A stretch of DNA of 64,000 nt from assembly GCF_009834535.1 (NCBI RefSeq), contig NC_045696.1:22322001-22386000 (forward strand). The letters are read 5' to 3'. The notes under the pieces were generated by a model, which worked only from the letters and a program-made list of their open reading frames with translations, had not been told where the DNA came from and did no database searches. This document shows, piece by piece, positions 1 through 10,769 of this stretch. The position numbers were made by a program, and so were the translations under genes. Each line of letters opens with the position of its first letter. Positions within the stretch are counted from its first letter, which is position 1. This DNA comes from Camelus ferus. Lineage: Eukaryota.

Positions 1-670
1 GGCCTCGTTTCATCATCAGTTTCTGGGACACCTTCATCTTCTGGTTCTCCTGCATTCCTTATCACTCTTTAGTTCCCAGGTTCCTCACCTCCTGCCTCCT
101 TGTTAGAGGGTGAAGTTCCCCAGCATCACATTTCACCTTCTCTTCTAGTCCTGCCTGCTTTTCCTGGTAACCTTACACAGCTGCCACCTATCAGCAGTCA
201 TTCGCAATTCTGCATCACCCATCTTTCCCTCTCTCCTGAGATCTAATCCTTCACTTACCAACTTCCTACTGGACATCTATCTTTTACTTCCGTTCCTCTC
301 AGGCACCACAAATACAACCTGGCCAAACCTAAGCCCACTGTCATCTCCCTAAAACTTGCTTCTCTTTTCTTTATTTCCTGTAGATTCCTGATGTCACCCA
401 CCATCCAAGCAAGCCAGAAATCGTATCACTTCCCTCCAACTTCTTGCCTCTCATTCAGTCAACCAGATACCAGATTCCACTGCTTTTCCCTCAAAACAAC
501 CTTCCAGATGAAAGGGGGAGCCCAGTGCCATTTGGCTGTGTTTCAACAGGGACTGCTTATGCCCAGGTCATCCCAGCTGGCTTCCTGCGTTAGATCTGTT
601 GGTTCCAGAACTGCTGCCAAGAGCTGCCCCATTCGAGAGAACAAATGTCAATGTACAACCTCACTCCTGT
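1..670. mobile_element. Degenerate L2 LINE fragment
   Basis: Pyrimidine-rich L2-like 3' ORF/UTR sequence (e.g. CCTACTGGACATCT..CAGGCACC..AAA). Boundaries approximate. Confidence 0.55.
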
Positions 671-2429
671 AACCACCTCTGCAAGCTTCTTAGTGCCACT
701 GCTGGGGTGGGGGCCTTGACAACACATAACCTGACAGCGATTGTCTCCTAAGCTCCTGGCACAATCTTTACGTCTAGTGTAAACAGTAGTGACATCATGT
801 GGAACCTGTTAAAATGCAAAACCTCAAGCTCCACGTCATACTTTCTTGTAACGACACAAGAGCACATCAAAAGTTTGAGAAGCACTCGTTAGATAATTCA
901 TACGTGCTGAACTTCTCAACTCCCAAGATGCACCATACCCCTTCAGATCTCCATCTACTGGGAATAGTCTATCAAATCTTTTGCATCTTGCAAAAATCCT
1001 GTACTACTGTAGGAACATCTAGCACAGCCAACAATATTTGAAAGACTAGATCATTTAATCAATTAATTAATGGTAAGTTCAGCTGAGGACCTGCAGGGCC
1101 GGAGGTACTCAAGTGCATTCAGGTGGAAGTGGAATGTTGGCGGCTGGAAATCGTGGCCCAGAATCCAAAGGAGAGGTGAGCTGGCAACATTTTTAAGTAT
1201 TAGCAACTACTTGGAGGATACAGCGATGGATAGATGAATGTCGCCCAGGTTTAAGACAGATTGAGAAGAGAGCTACGGGCCAAATCCCAGGGTAGGCCAA
1301 CATTTAAGGAAACTACTGTAGAAGGTAGTGGAGAGTAGGTTAACAGAGCAGGAAAGAACCAAAAAAGGTATCAAGGAGCTCTGAAAAAATACATGGATTT
1401 GGCATGTGGTTACTGATACCTTTGACAACTGAAGCAGGGAGGTAGGACAGAATCATGTGGTCACAGACAAAGCATAAGCTTAACTTCTTTAGCCCAACAT
1501 TAATGGAATGAATAATCACTAGTGGATAACCTTTTTTGGATGAGGAGGGAGAGAGAGATGGAACTGACAGCCGTAACACACACATAGTCCTAGTGGCAAA
1601 GAGGCTGAAAACGTTCAGTGACACATTTGCTGAATGCTTGCTATCTGCCAGGTGCTATAAGCTAACACTGGGACTGACTGTAACAATGAACACAGGTGAT
1701 GCCCCTGCCCTCTGACCTAGTGCAATGAGATGTATTGGGTAATTTTATGGAAACGGCAAAACAGATAAGATATGGAGCCAATGTAGGGTGGTTTGTCTTG
1801 AAGAAGCAACTTTTGCTCTGATGGTAGTATAGTGACAGGAATGTAATTAAGAGAGGCGTATGGAGGGGATAAAGTTCACATCTAATAGCCTGCATTTTTT
1901 TTAAATATAGAGAATAGTCCAGGTAAAGCAAAACAATAAACATTTCCCATTATGTCTACTGATATAGTGGGATCCCCATTCTTGACACATAAAGCAACCG
2001 AGGAACACAGAGAGGATAGGAACCTGCCTCCATTAAACGGCTAACAAATGGTTGGAAGAGCAGGATCACTGGCCAGTACTTTTTAAGTTTCACTCATGTT
2101 GGCAGTGTGAAAAGGAGCAGCACCCTAAACTTTAACAAGACCCCCAGGTGGATGCTGCTGGGTCTTGGACCACTTTAGCTTACAACTCCAGTGTTGCCCT
2201 GAATCCTGGCGTTCTCAGAGCGCCTGGAAACATTCAACTAAGATCAAGATATTAAAGGGTAATATTAAAAGCCTTCAGCATTTGGCACACAGTTAAAACA
2301 ATAAAAGATTCTCAATAAATGACAGATAACCAATGATACAAATTAAGGATGTCAATTAGAGGTAATCAAAGGGGAAAGTGGCTGTTCTAGGGGCAGAACA
2401 GCATAGCAATAAGTGCAAAGATTCTGGAA

Positions 2430-2580
2430 GAAATTTGTGGCCTTGGCAATTAAGTTACACAACCACTCTGTGCCTTTATTTCCCCACTTGTACAGCAGAG
2501 ACGATACCTAGGGATGCTAGGTACATTAAATGAGTAAAGCCCTTAGAACAGTGCCTGGCATTTAATAACTGCTTAGCCAA
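2430..2580 (+). mobile_element. MIR SINE
   Basis: AAGTTAC..AACCACTCTGTGCCT...CTTAGAACAGTGCCTGGCA, the MIR core and tail. Confidence 0.65.
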
Positions 2581-4603
2581 GGCTTTACTTTTTTACTACT
2601 GTTGCTACTGCTCTACCACTGCTGTCACTACTACTAGTGACTTGCTACTAGGTAGACAATAAAAATGCATTAAAGAGCTCCATCAGCAACCATAGTACAC
2701 CACAAAACTCTACAACCCACATAGAGACATATCTAGAGAAAGATCTACCATTGACAGCACTGCATTTTTTAAATACGTAAGCCTCCATGTTGTTTTGCCA
2801 ATCATAGAATCCAATCATGTTACTACTCAAATTGAGTTCATGGTAATGAATTTCTAAAGAGTCAAGAAGCCTCTGAAGAAATACTCAAAGCTGTATCAAC
2901 TAGTTTCTCAGTTGTTTCCTGTGCTGGAAAATTAAACATAGTTGCCTTCCTTAGTTGAAGAGAACAGTCCTTTAAAAAGATGTTCACCGTACCCTAGTGT
3001 AGTTTATGAGAATGACTCTGTATGTATCAAAATATCTTAGGTTGAGATTGTGCCTATCAAAGTGAGGTATCCAGAAAAAAATGAAATCCAATTATCCTGA
3101 TATACCTGAAAAAAAAAAATCCTCAACATGGTTTATGTTTTTCCACTTCTCTGCTTTAGATGTAGCCTAAAACTTTTTTTTTTCATAGCAATGACAATGT
3201 TCTCAATTTCTACTTCATTTCAGCCCTTGATCAAAAAAACGTGGGAATGTATCATGTAAAATGGTTATTAACCCTTCATCTTTTCTGGAAGCTTTACTTT
3301 GGGAATTTCAGCCAAGTCTAAATAACACGTATTAAAAAGGTGGAGGTAATGCAATAGACTCAGATCAAAGATTAGACTTGTTAATAGAATGTTGATCCCA
3401 TGAGTAATGCTCACGCTGTGGAATCCAACAATAGAATTAACATTTCAACCGGAAGCAAAGAGCCATCCCAATAGAAAGGGCCACTCGATCTCGCTTTACA
3501 GCGCTTAAAAAAAATCATCCTTCCGGAGGCTACACGAAGTGTGCCTCTTAGAGTCCCACTTAATGGATTTTGTGTGTGTATGTGGGGGGGAGGGGGGTGC
3601 GGGGGTGTTGTTAATGAATCTTTTGATTCCCTAATGAGACAAGTGCTTACTTCGACAAAACAAAGATCAGCTGGTTAAAACACTCACATGGAAACAGATC
3701 AGTTTTTTTAAGTGTCAAATGAGTATGCCTTCTAAAGGTCCATGCATTTTTTAAATGCCTTTTTTTCCCTCCCGAGAAAGGAGCAGTCGAACATATACTT
3801 GGCGAATCCTTTCAGAATTACCCTGTACAAGTCATCCTATCTTATCACCAAAATGAATCAAATCATTATAAACTCAAAACTGAGGTTACTAATTTAGCCT
3901 CTGCACTTTCCCCAGGGACTGCAGAAATCAATACTGCATTTTTGCAGGAACCTACTTTTTGATTTTCCACGGTCTACTTCATCGAGTTACCGTCTAGTTA
4001 ACAGCTCGTGCCTGGGCTCGCCTCTTCTGTGACCAAGAAGGCTACAGTTCGTTCAGCGCCTCTTTCCTAGAGGTAGCCTGGACGATTTGAGGCGCTGAAA
4101 GGCTCAGTGTCCATTTAATCATGGCGTTTTGTAATTCAGCCTCCCCGCCTGGACTGCTCGACAGCTGAAAACTGGCCGCCCAAGGCTTTGAAATCGGGTA
4201 ACCCTGGACGGAGACGACACGGCGGCTAACAACGGAGAGGGCAAGAGCAAATAAAGCAAAGCCTGCATCCGCGGCAAAGAATAGTCTGGGAGAGACGCCA
4301 GGCGCACCCGGCACGCCGCGCCCACCCACTCGCGCCCGAGGAGCCCTTGCACCGCCGCCCCTTATCCTGAGACTCCGTCCCCCGCTCCAGTGCCCGCTGG
4401 GCACCCTGCGGGACTCCCTTCCCAGCGGCTCCACAACCCGGCCGCGCAAAATCACCCAAGCCCAATTCCGCGCGCACCGCCGCCACTGCCGCAGCGCCCC
4501 CCAAAAGCGCCCGCCCCCTCCCCCACGCTTCATTGTTCCCGGGTGGCCGCAGGCAGCGAGCACCCCCGGGCTGACCCGAGAGACCGAATTGTCCCCCACT
4601 CAC

Positions 4604-4646
4604 CAGCGACTCCGCACAGGAGCACGACGCGCAGCAGAAGCGCCAT
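4604..4646 (-). CDS. CXADR: CXADR coding exon 1 (signal peptide); the gene continues leftwards beyond the window
   Basis: Reverse complement reads GCCAGC ATG GCG CTT CTG CTG CGC GTC GTG CTC CTG TGC GGA GTC GCT G|GTGAGT = MALLLRVVLLCGVA(D). It is a 43-nt phase-1 exon with a perfect donor and matches the mammalian CAR N-terminus (human MALLLCFVLLCGVVD). The adjacent 5'UTR GAGCCGCCTACCTGCAG..GCCCACGGC also resembles CXADR. Confidence 0.95.
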
Positions 4647-4770
4647 GCTGGCGGCCCGGCCGTGGGCGACGACTGCAGGTAGGCGGCTCTCACCGGGGTC
4701 TCAGTCACCCGGCGCCTCGCGCGCTCCGGACTGGTTGCTGGCGGCGGCGGCACCTCGCAGCCCGGTCGCA

Positions 4771-4870
4771 CCCCGCCCTCGCTCGGCAGGTGAAACACGT
4801 CACTTCCGGGAGCGGTGGAGCCCCGCGGCGAGCGCCGTCTCCGCCAGGCGCGTGGGGTTACCATGGCAAC
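4771..4870 (-). promoter_or_regulatory. CXADR: Core promoter motif cluster: GC box, E2-box, overlapping ETS-CRE, RFX X-box
   Basis: CCCCGCCC 4771-4778; CAGGTG 4787-4792; CCGGAAGTGACGT (minus strand) 4797-4809; GTTACCATGGCAAC 4857-4870. Confidence 0.75.
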
Positions 4871-5750
4871 AGGGAGCCCCGCGCCTGCTGCCCCCGGGAC
4901 CCTCCGGAGTGAGGGACTCCCTGCCCGGGGCGCTCGGGCGTTGGGGTGCGCCAGGAAGCCACTCGTCTCAACCCTGAGCAGGGATCCTCACCGGCTCAAA
5001 GCTTTCAGTTAAATCGGGGTTTGTGCACGTGGGGCGGGCCACCCCTCTCCCAGACTACTGGATCTGCCGCCGCGCCCTTGCTGAAAGGCACGGCACTGGA
5101 CAGAATTCGCCCCCCAGACTCCGCACCCCGAAGGGCTGCTGAAGCCATCGGCCACGCGTGCACTGACCCCACCCTCCCCTCGGGAGAGTACGGGTGGGGC
5201 CTCCAGCCACGCCTCCTACCTTTAGAGGTTTGCTGTTGGGGCGGGCTCCCCCACCTAAGGCTCCAGAGGAATTAACCTCGGCAGCGTCCAGCATTTGCGC
5301 CCATCTCTTTGAGTCGATTAGTTTGATGGCGGAGGGTTAGAGAAGCTTTTCCCCATCTCCAGTAATGAGTAACCCCCTAAACTGCAGCTATTGATTCGGG
5401 AAATACCCGGATTGGGTTTTCCCTCTTTATATTTAAAGGTTATTCTAGCCCTGAATTGGCCAACAAGGACCAAAGGTTGAAAAGTGGGACCAAGTAATGA
5501 CGGTTAAAGGCTTGTTGGCGGAGGAGGGGTGGCGGTAGTTGGGGAGCTGGGGAGAGATGTTAACTCTCCCAGAATTTCCCCGTCAGCCGGGCCATGCCGC
5601 TTCCGCCTCCTGGTTTCCTCCATACTTGTTCTTGTGTCATTTTGCTGCTTGTTCTCGGCTGCTCTTTCCAGATAACGTTTATTTATAACTCCTGGAAGAC
5701 TTCGGTGTTCCCAACAGTTCCTTATCAGGAGTGAACTAGAGAAGAGAAGC

Positions 5751-5905
5751 AGTGTAGTGCAGTGGTAAATTCTTGAGCTCCAGAATGAGGCAATAACTGG
5801 GCAAGTGACTTAGAAGCACCTACCTTAGCGGTAGCTGTGAAAATTAGATGAGATAATGCACTAAAGAATGCTTGGCACCATACCTGTCACATAGAAAGTA
5901 CTCAG
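5751..5905 (+). mobile_element. MIR SINE
   Basis: AGCAGTGTAGTGCAGTGGT...GGGCAAGTGACTT...AATTAGATGAGATAATGCA. Confidence 0.6.
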
Positions 5906-6397
5906 GAAAGAAGAAGCTAATAAAAAATAACACTGGAAAATTCTTGTCATTTATTGAAGCAGCAAAGGAAGCAAACCGGTTATCAGTAAGACCAAAATTG
6001 CCCAACTGCAATTTAGCCTGGTGGTTTGCAACCGTGGCTGCACCTTGAAATTATCTGAAGAACTTTTAAATTAAAAAAAAAAAAAAATCTGGGAAACTTT
6101 CGTAAAATATCAAGACTTGAATCCCCACTCCAGTGATTTAACTTGTTTCTAAGTGGAATCCTTCCTAATCTAAGGAGAGTCCAGAGTAGGGACTTCCTAC
6201 TAGTTTAGGAAACAGGAATTCTATTGGATATAATTGAAGGTATAAAATATTTGGAACTTGAATTTTGTATACCACATTAACCTTTATGAAATTAGAAAAG
6301 ATTAGGTATTAAAGTTCATATCTATTTCAGACCTTTATGAGAACTTTTCTCGTATTAATCACTTTGAAGCAGCACACATTTGTTATAAAGTTGCTAC

Positions 6398-6803
6398 TGT
6401 TACCGGGAAAAGGGAAATAAGAATTACCTCGGTTCTTAATCACCCGAAAAAAAAGAATTTTTGATGAGAGACAAAAAAAACGTGATATAAGCAAGATTTT
6501 TATTAGTGAAGTAAAAAAAAAAAAGTGAAAGATAGTACACTCCTGAGAATTGAGAGCAGGCCAATCCAAGAGAGGAAAAAATGGTGCTGTTCCCTCGCTT
6601 TCCCTGTTTTTATATCCTGGTTTCCTGATTGATTGATTGATTGATTGATTGATTAACAGCTCAGGTTTCCTGCTCTCTGGCTGATTGACACCTCAGGTTC
6701 CTTGTGTTCTGGTTAATTGACAGCTCAGGTTCCTTGTGTTCTGGATTGTTCCTTTCCCCATCCTCTCCCCCTGCCCACTGCTCATTATCTAAACTACCTA
6801 ACA
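6398..6803 (-). repeat. 3' LTR of the provirus
   Basis: TGTTAC...TAACA; minus-strand AATAAA at 6499-6504 and TATAAAAA at 6607-6614; adjacent PPT AGAGGGGAGAA (minus strand, 6804-6814). Confidence 0.92.
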
Positions 6804-6989
6804 TTCTCCCCTCTAGTCATAGGACCCCAAATCTTTGGGACATAGAGGGCGTTGACTGCTCTAGCTACTTCCTGCTGATCTGGGACAATGATGAAACTCA
6901 CTGGGGTCCCAGACTAGCTGGCTGTCACTGGGCAGGTGGTGAGCGAAGGGTCAGTGTCCATCAAGGGGCTTGTGTAAAAGCTGTCTTGG

Positions 6990-7130
6990 CTGATTGGTTG
7001 ATTACCTCGTTGTATAGCCATTTAAAGTTTGACTCTAGACAAGAAGAAACACATTTTATAAGAAGGCTGAAAAGGTAGCGGTCAAATATGTATTGCTAAT
7101 CCTAGCCAAGGGGTGAAGAGGATAAACAAG
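6990..7130 (-). pseudogene. ERV env TM C-terminal remnant
   Basis: Manual translation IFDRYLFSLLIKCVSSCLES resembles the class I Env post-TM motif (IFGPCxxNLLVKFVSSRLE). Confidence 0.65.
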
Positions 7131-7133
7131 GGT

Positions 7134-7830
7134 CTTAGAATAACTGATAACCTTCTGTTGAGCTGCCCAGAGTCCTGCCTTAACACAGATTAAAATTGAT
7201 CTCTTTCCCACTTTTGGTTAAGGTCATTATAGTCCCATCCAGGGTCCATTGGGGAACAGCTTTTTCCCCTATGGGGTACTCGTCATTAGATAGATGTAGA
7301 CTGTCTGCATATTTTCTGGCTTCTCTGAGAACCCTTTCCTTTTCTGTCTCTGATAGTGTTTGGCCAAGGAAAATATTAATATCTTCCCAGGTGAGACCAT
7401 TAGCTTGCCAAATTAGTCTTAATTTGTCTCAGCTCTACCAGAGAAAACGGCTTATATATAAACTGTGGACCAAATTTTCCATGTGTTTCTACCAGGGGGC
7501 AGGTCTTAGCTATCAGCGGTAATGGAGGACCTGAAGGCAATGTCTTTCCTGGGTATTAGGGAAACACAGGGTATATGGCAGGGAGAGCAGAAGAGGACGG
7601 ACGTTTAAGGGAGTCCTCCTCTCAAGGAGGTGTTAGAGATAGCAGGTTGCTGATAGTAACCATGGCCAAGGTGGTTATTTTGCATTTCCTTAGGAGACTA
7701 TTGCTGTCCCTTAGCAAATAAAATATCTGGATATATGACATTTTAGACCATTTGCCTGTGTATTGTAGAAGAGATCAAGCTGGAGCAAGGTGGTTGAATT
7801 TATGCTCCTATTTATGGGCCATGCTTTTGG
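7134..7830 (-). pseudogene. ERV gag remnant (MA and CA), frameshifted
   Basis: Manual translation gives NSTTLLQLDLFY/TGKWSKMSYIQIFYLLRD (matrix) and PFSLVELRQIKTNL, LTWEDINIFLGQTLSETEKERVLREARKYAD, AVP/MDPGWDYN, VISYSK (capsid). These are typical of HERV-H/W-like Gag. Confidence 0.85.
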
Positions 7831-8795
7831 CTAAGATATAGCCCAGGGGAGTCCCAGCAGGGATCAACTATTGGTTTTTCATCTGAAGGGCAGGATACCA
7901 GGGGGAAGAGGGGGTGGTCTTCAGAGCTCAGCGTCCTGAGGTGAAGCCCACAGGCTATAGTCTGACATCTCAGTCTTCTGCCTGTAGCCAAGAGTACCCT
8001 GAAGCAATGGACCAAGGAGAGCCTGGTGTCTCAGTGTCATTGGTCTGCAGGAGGAGGATTTGGCATCCCAGCCTCCTCTCTGGATGGTGAGGGTGGAGCT
8101 GGGAGTCTCCACAGTCCAAGGAACTAGTGAGTTTTAACCCTGTGAGTGGTTGGTGAGCTGGGAGCTAGAGAGCTACTCAACTGGGATAGTTGGAGAAAGG
8201 GGGAGCAAAAATGAGTGAGTTCAGGTTAGAGGGTCCACATGGAAGCTCCTGAATGGGGAAGGCAGCAGGAGAGGAGAACTTGAGCTAGAACTCCAGCAGC
8301 TCAGTTTTCTAAGGTAGAGATGTTTTCTTGCCCGAGCAAGTGTCCCCAGAGGGACATGAAGCCAGAAAGGAGTCAGAGACATTGCAGCCCATGATTACTG
8401 TCCATGGTGGTGTTTTCTAGAAAAGGCCACCAGGGACAATGTTACTCAAGCCATGTACGAAAGAGGTGGTCAGATACTTGCTGGCCGGTGAATTAGGCAA
8501 ACAGGATATGGTTATAAGTTCCCAGGGCACCGCAGGTTGAAATAGTGGCAACAAGGGCATGGCCCCAGCCGCATTAGGAAACTGAGAGTTTTCTTTTAGG
8601 TCAAAGAGTAAGTTAATAATAGCCCAGGAGGGAGGCACCCCTGTCGGGACCATAGGACCTTGCGGTGACGAGTGGGAAAGAGAGATTGAAGGAAGCTGGT
8701 TTTTTTTTTTTTTTTTAAAGAAAACTGGATAGCACAGGTCAGAAAGCAGAAACAAGGATCCCCAGCAAAGGCTACAGACCAGTATATAAAGATGT

Positions 8796-9429
8796 TGAGA
8801 CAGGATGGAAGGGGGCAGGGCACAACCACTCAAGGAATGACAGCAAATTTAACACCAAAATGGTGGAAGATTCAACTCCTAGTTAGCCTTGAGGATTAAG
8901 AGGTTTGACTTCTAGTAGACCTTGAGCTTCATTATATGCTCATTGTAACAGGGTGATAAATAACATGCCCGCAGGCGCCATGACAGCCCGAAGGCTAACT
9001 GCAAAAGGCCAAAGAATGGGCGGTGGCCCAATCCCTGGGAATCCCAGCCCCTTCCCCAGGGCAGTTGGAATGGTCCCACCTGTAGGCGTGTGACGCTACT
9101 GAGCCCATATAAAAACTGGCAACACCTCGCCTAGTGGCCTTTTTCACTCCCTTCTCTTTGGAGACAGCCCGCGCTCTGTCTACGGAGTGTGTACCTACTT
9201 TTACTTTAACCTGAGCGCCAATTCCCTCACTTCTTTCCTTGCCTTTCTCTTGCCTTACACTCTATGCAGTATCTCTCTAAATAAATCTGCTTTTACTGAA
9301 TTGTGGCTCGCACTTGAATTCTTTCCTGACTTAAGCCAAAGACCCATACTTGGCGGGGCACGTGCCAGGGCCTCAACTGAGACCTGGGACATGGCCTTCC
9401 TCACGCCCCACAGCCATTTTCCTGCATCA
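8796..9429 (+). mobile_element. Solo ERV1 LTR nested antisense in the provirus leader
   Basis: TGAGAC...CATCA ends; near-TSD ATGT/GTGT; TATAAAAA 9108-9115; AATAAA 9280-9285. Confidence 0.85.
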
Positions 9430-9926
9430 GTGTGAAGTGATAAAGTAATTGGTATACAGGCCTGGTCCGGTATCTTGGGTCAGCTGTCTACCTCAGATGT
9501 TGTCTTATTCTCTTCCTGGTTTGGTACTTTCTCCCTTGTTTGAACATTGTTTTAAGGTGGTCAGTAGTCCTCTCTGTAGGCCAGTCCAGTGTAAAGGCCA
9601 GAAGTTATTAGTTTACTGTGCTTCTAGAGTAAGCCTGGTTATCTCCAGTTGGAGCTCCATGGCAGGCGGGGCTGGCAGGGGTCAGAGCGCGCTGGGGCAG
9701 GCGTGCATGTGGCTGGGCATGGGGGAGGCGGCACATGGCTGCAGTGACTGGCTGGGCACGGGATCCCAGATGGGCCACTCACTGCTTGACTGGTCCAGCA
9801 TTGCTTGGAGCTCCATGCCCTGTATCCTCGCTCCAGCCTCCACAGCCATCCCTAAGAGCTTGTGCTCCACTGGTCCTCGGGGAGGGAGAGGGAAATGAAG
9901 GAGGAAAGATTAGGTTTAAGCATGTG

Positions 9927-9944
9927 ATCCAAGTCATGGCACCA
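9927..9944 (-). promoter_or_regulatory. Primer-binding site, tRNA-His
   Basis: Minus strand TGGTGCCATGACTTGGAT versus the His PBS TGGTGCCGTGACTCGGAT. Both mismatches are CpG-decay type, and the site lies 7 nt inside the 5' LTR. Confidence 0.85.
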
Positions 9945-9951
9945 AAATTAA

Positions 9952-10351
9952 TGTTACTGGGAAAAGGGAAATAAGAATTACCTCAGTTCTTAGTCACCTG
10001 AAAAAAAAAGAATTTTTGAAAGACAAAAAGCGTAATATAAGCAAGATTTTTATTAGTGAAGTTAAAAAAAAATGAAAGATAGTACACTCCCGAGAATTGG
10101 GAGCAGGCCAATCCTAGAGAGGAAAAATGGTGCTGTTCCCTTGGTTTTCCATCCTGGTTTCCTGATTGATTGATTGATTGATTGATTGACGGCTCAAGTT
10201 CCATGCGCTCTGGTTGATTGACAGCTCAGGTTCCTTGTGCTCTGGTTAATTGACAGCTCAGGTTCCTTGTGTTCTGGATTGTTCCTCTCCCCTTCCTCTC
10301 CCCCTGCCCCTCCCCCTGCCCAGTGCTTATTTCTGTCTAAACTACCTAACA
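9952..10351 (-). repeat. 5' LTR of the provirus
   Basis: Direct repeat of 6398-6803 (roughly 90%+ identical by eye), with the same termini and (GATT)n tract. Confidence 0.92.
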
Positions 10352-10769
10352 CTACCTTGAGTGTCTCCTCCAGTAGAAATCGAACCCACCCTTCAGGGTC
10401 ATCCTAACTGCTTACTACAGGAAATTGTTAGCAATTATCCCAAAATATTTCCATCCTAATCCCTTTCCTTCTGGTAGTTTGATTTGCAATCCTTACCTTT
10501 TGCCTCCTTCTATGGTTAGGCATCTTCATACCTATCAATCCCTTCTCTTACTCTGAATACTTCTAGAAGGCCAAAGGCACATTATTCATCTTTGTTACTC
10601 TTGAAAGCACAGCCTGGGATAGGTTCTCTAGGATCTGTTGAGCTCAATATATGTAATTTATGTATCAGTATCTTCACATATATTATTGCATGTCGATATA
10701 CATGCAGTAACTCACAAATTGTATCTTAATATATTAGCTTTTTAGAAGGTACTTCTATAATGTCAATTT

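Larger units (their letters stand above)
1..4603 (-). other. CXADR: CXADR intron 1 (5' part)
   Basis: Lies downstream of the GTGAGT donor at 4598-4603. No Ig-domain exon is recognisable, and the region contains L2/MIR/MER5 relics. Confidence 0.85.
4000..5620. promoter_or_regulatory. CXADR: CpG island / CXADR promoter
   Basis: High GC content and dense CpG (core ~4180-5300) surrounding exon 1, against an AT-rich, CpG-poor background. Confidence 0.92.
6398..10351 (-). mobile_element. Internally deleted class I (gamma-like) endogenous retrovirus provirus
   Basis: Two ~400-bp TG..CA LTRs, an identical 4-bp TSD CTAC (6394-6397 and 10352-10355), a PBS, a PPT, and gag and env remnants. Confidence 0.93.

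Noticed and set aside
4042..5294. Long overlapping ORFs (up to 212 aa) on both strands
   Set aside because: Low-complexity Pro/Arg/Ala/Gly translations expected from stop-poor CpG-island DNA. The real coding segment is the 43-nt CXADR exon.
9649..9818. 13-bp direct repeat TTGGAGCTCCATG flanking a GC-rich 145-bp segment in the ERV leader
   Set aside because: No poly(A) tail or terminal repeats. Short direct repeats are common in retroviral leaders, so it cannot be called a separate insertion.
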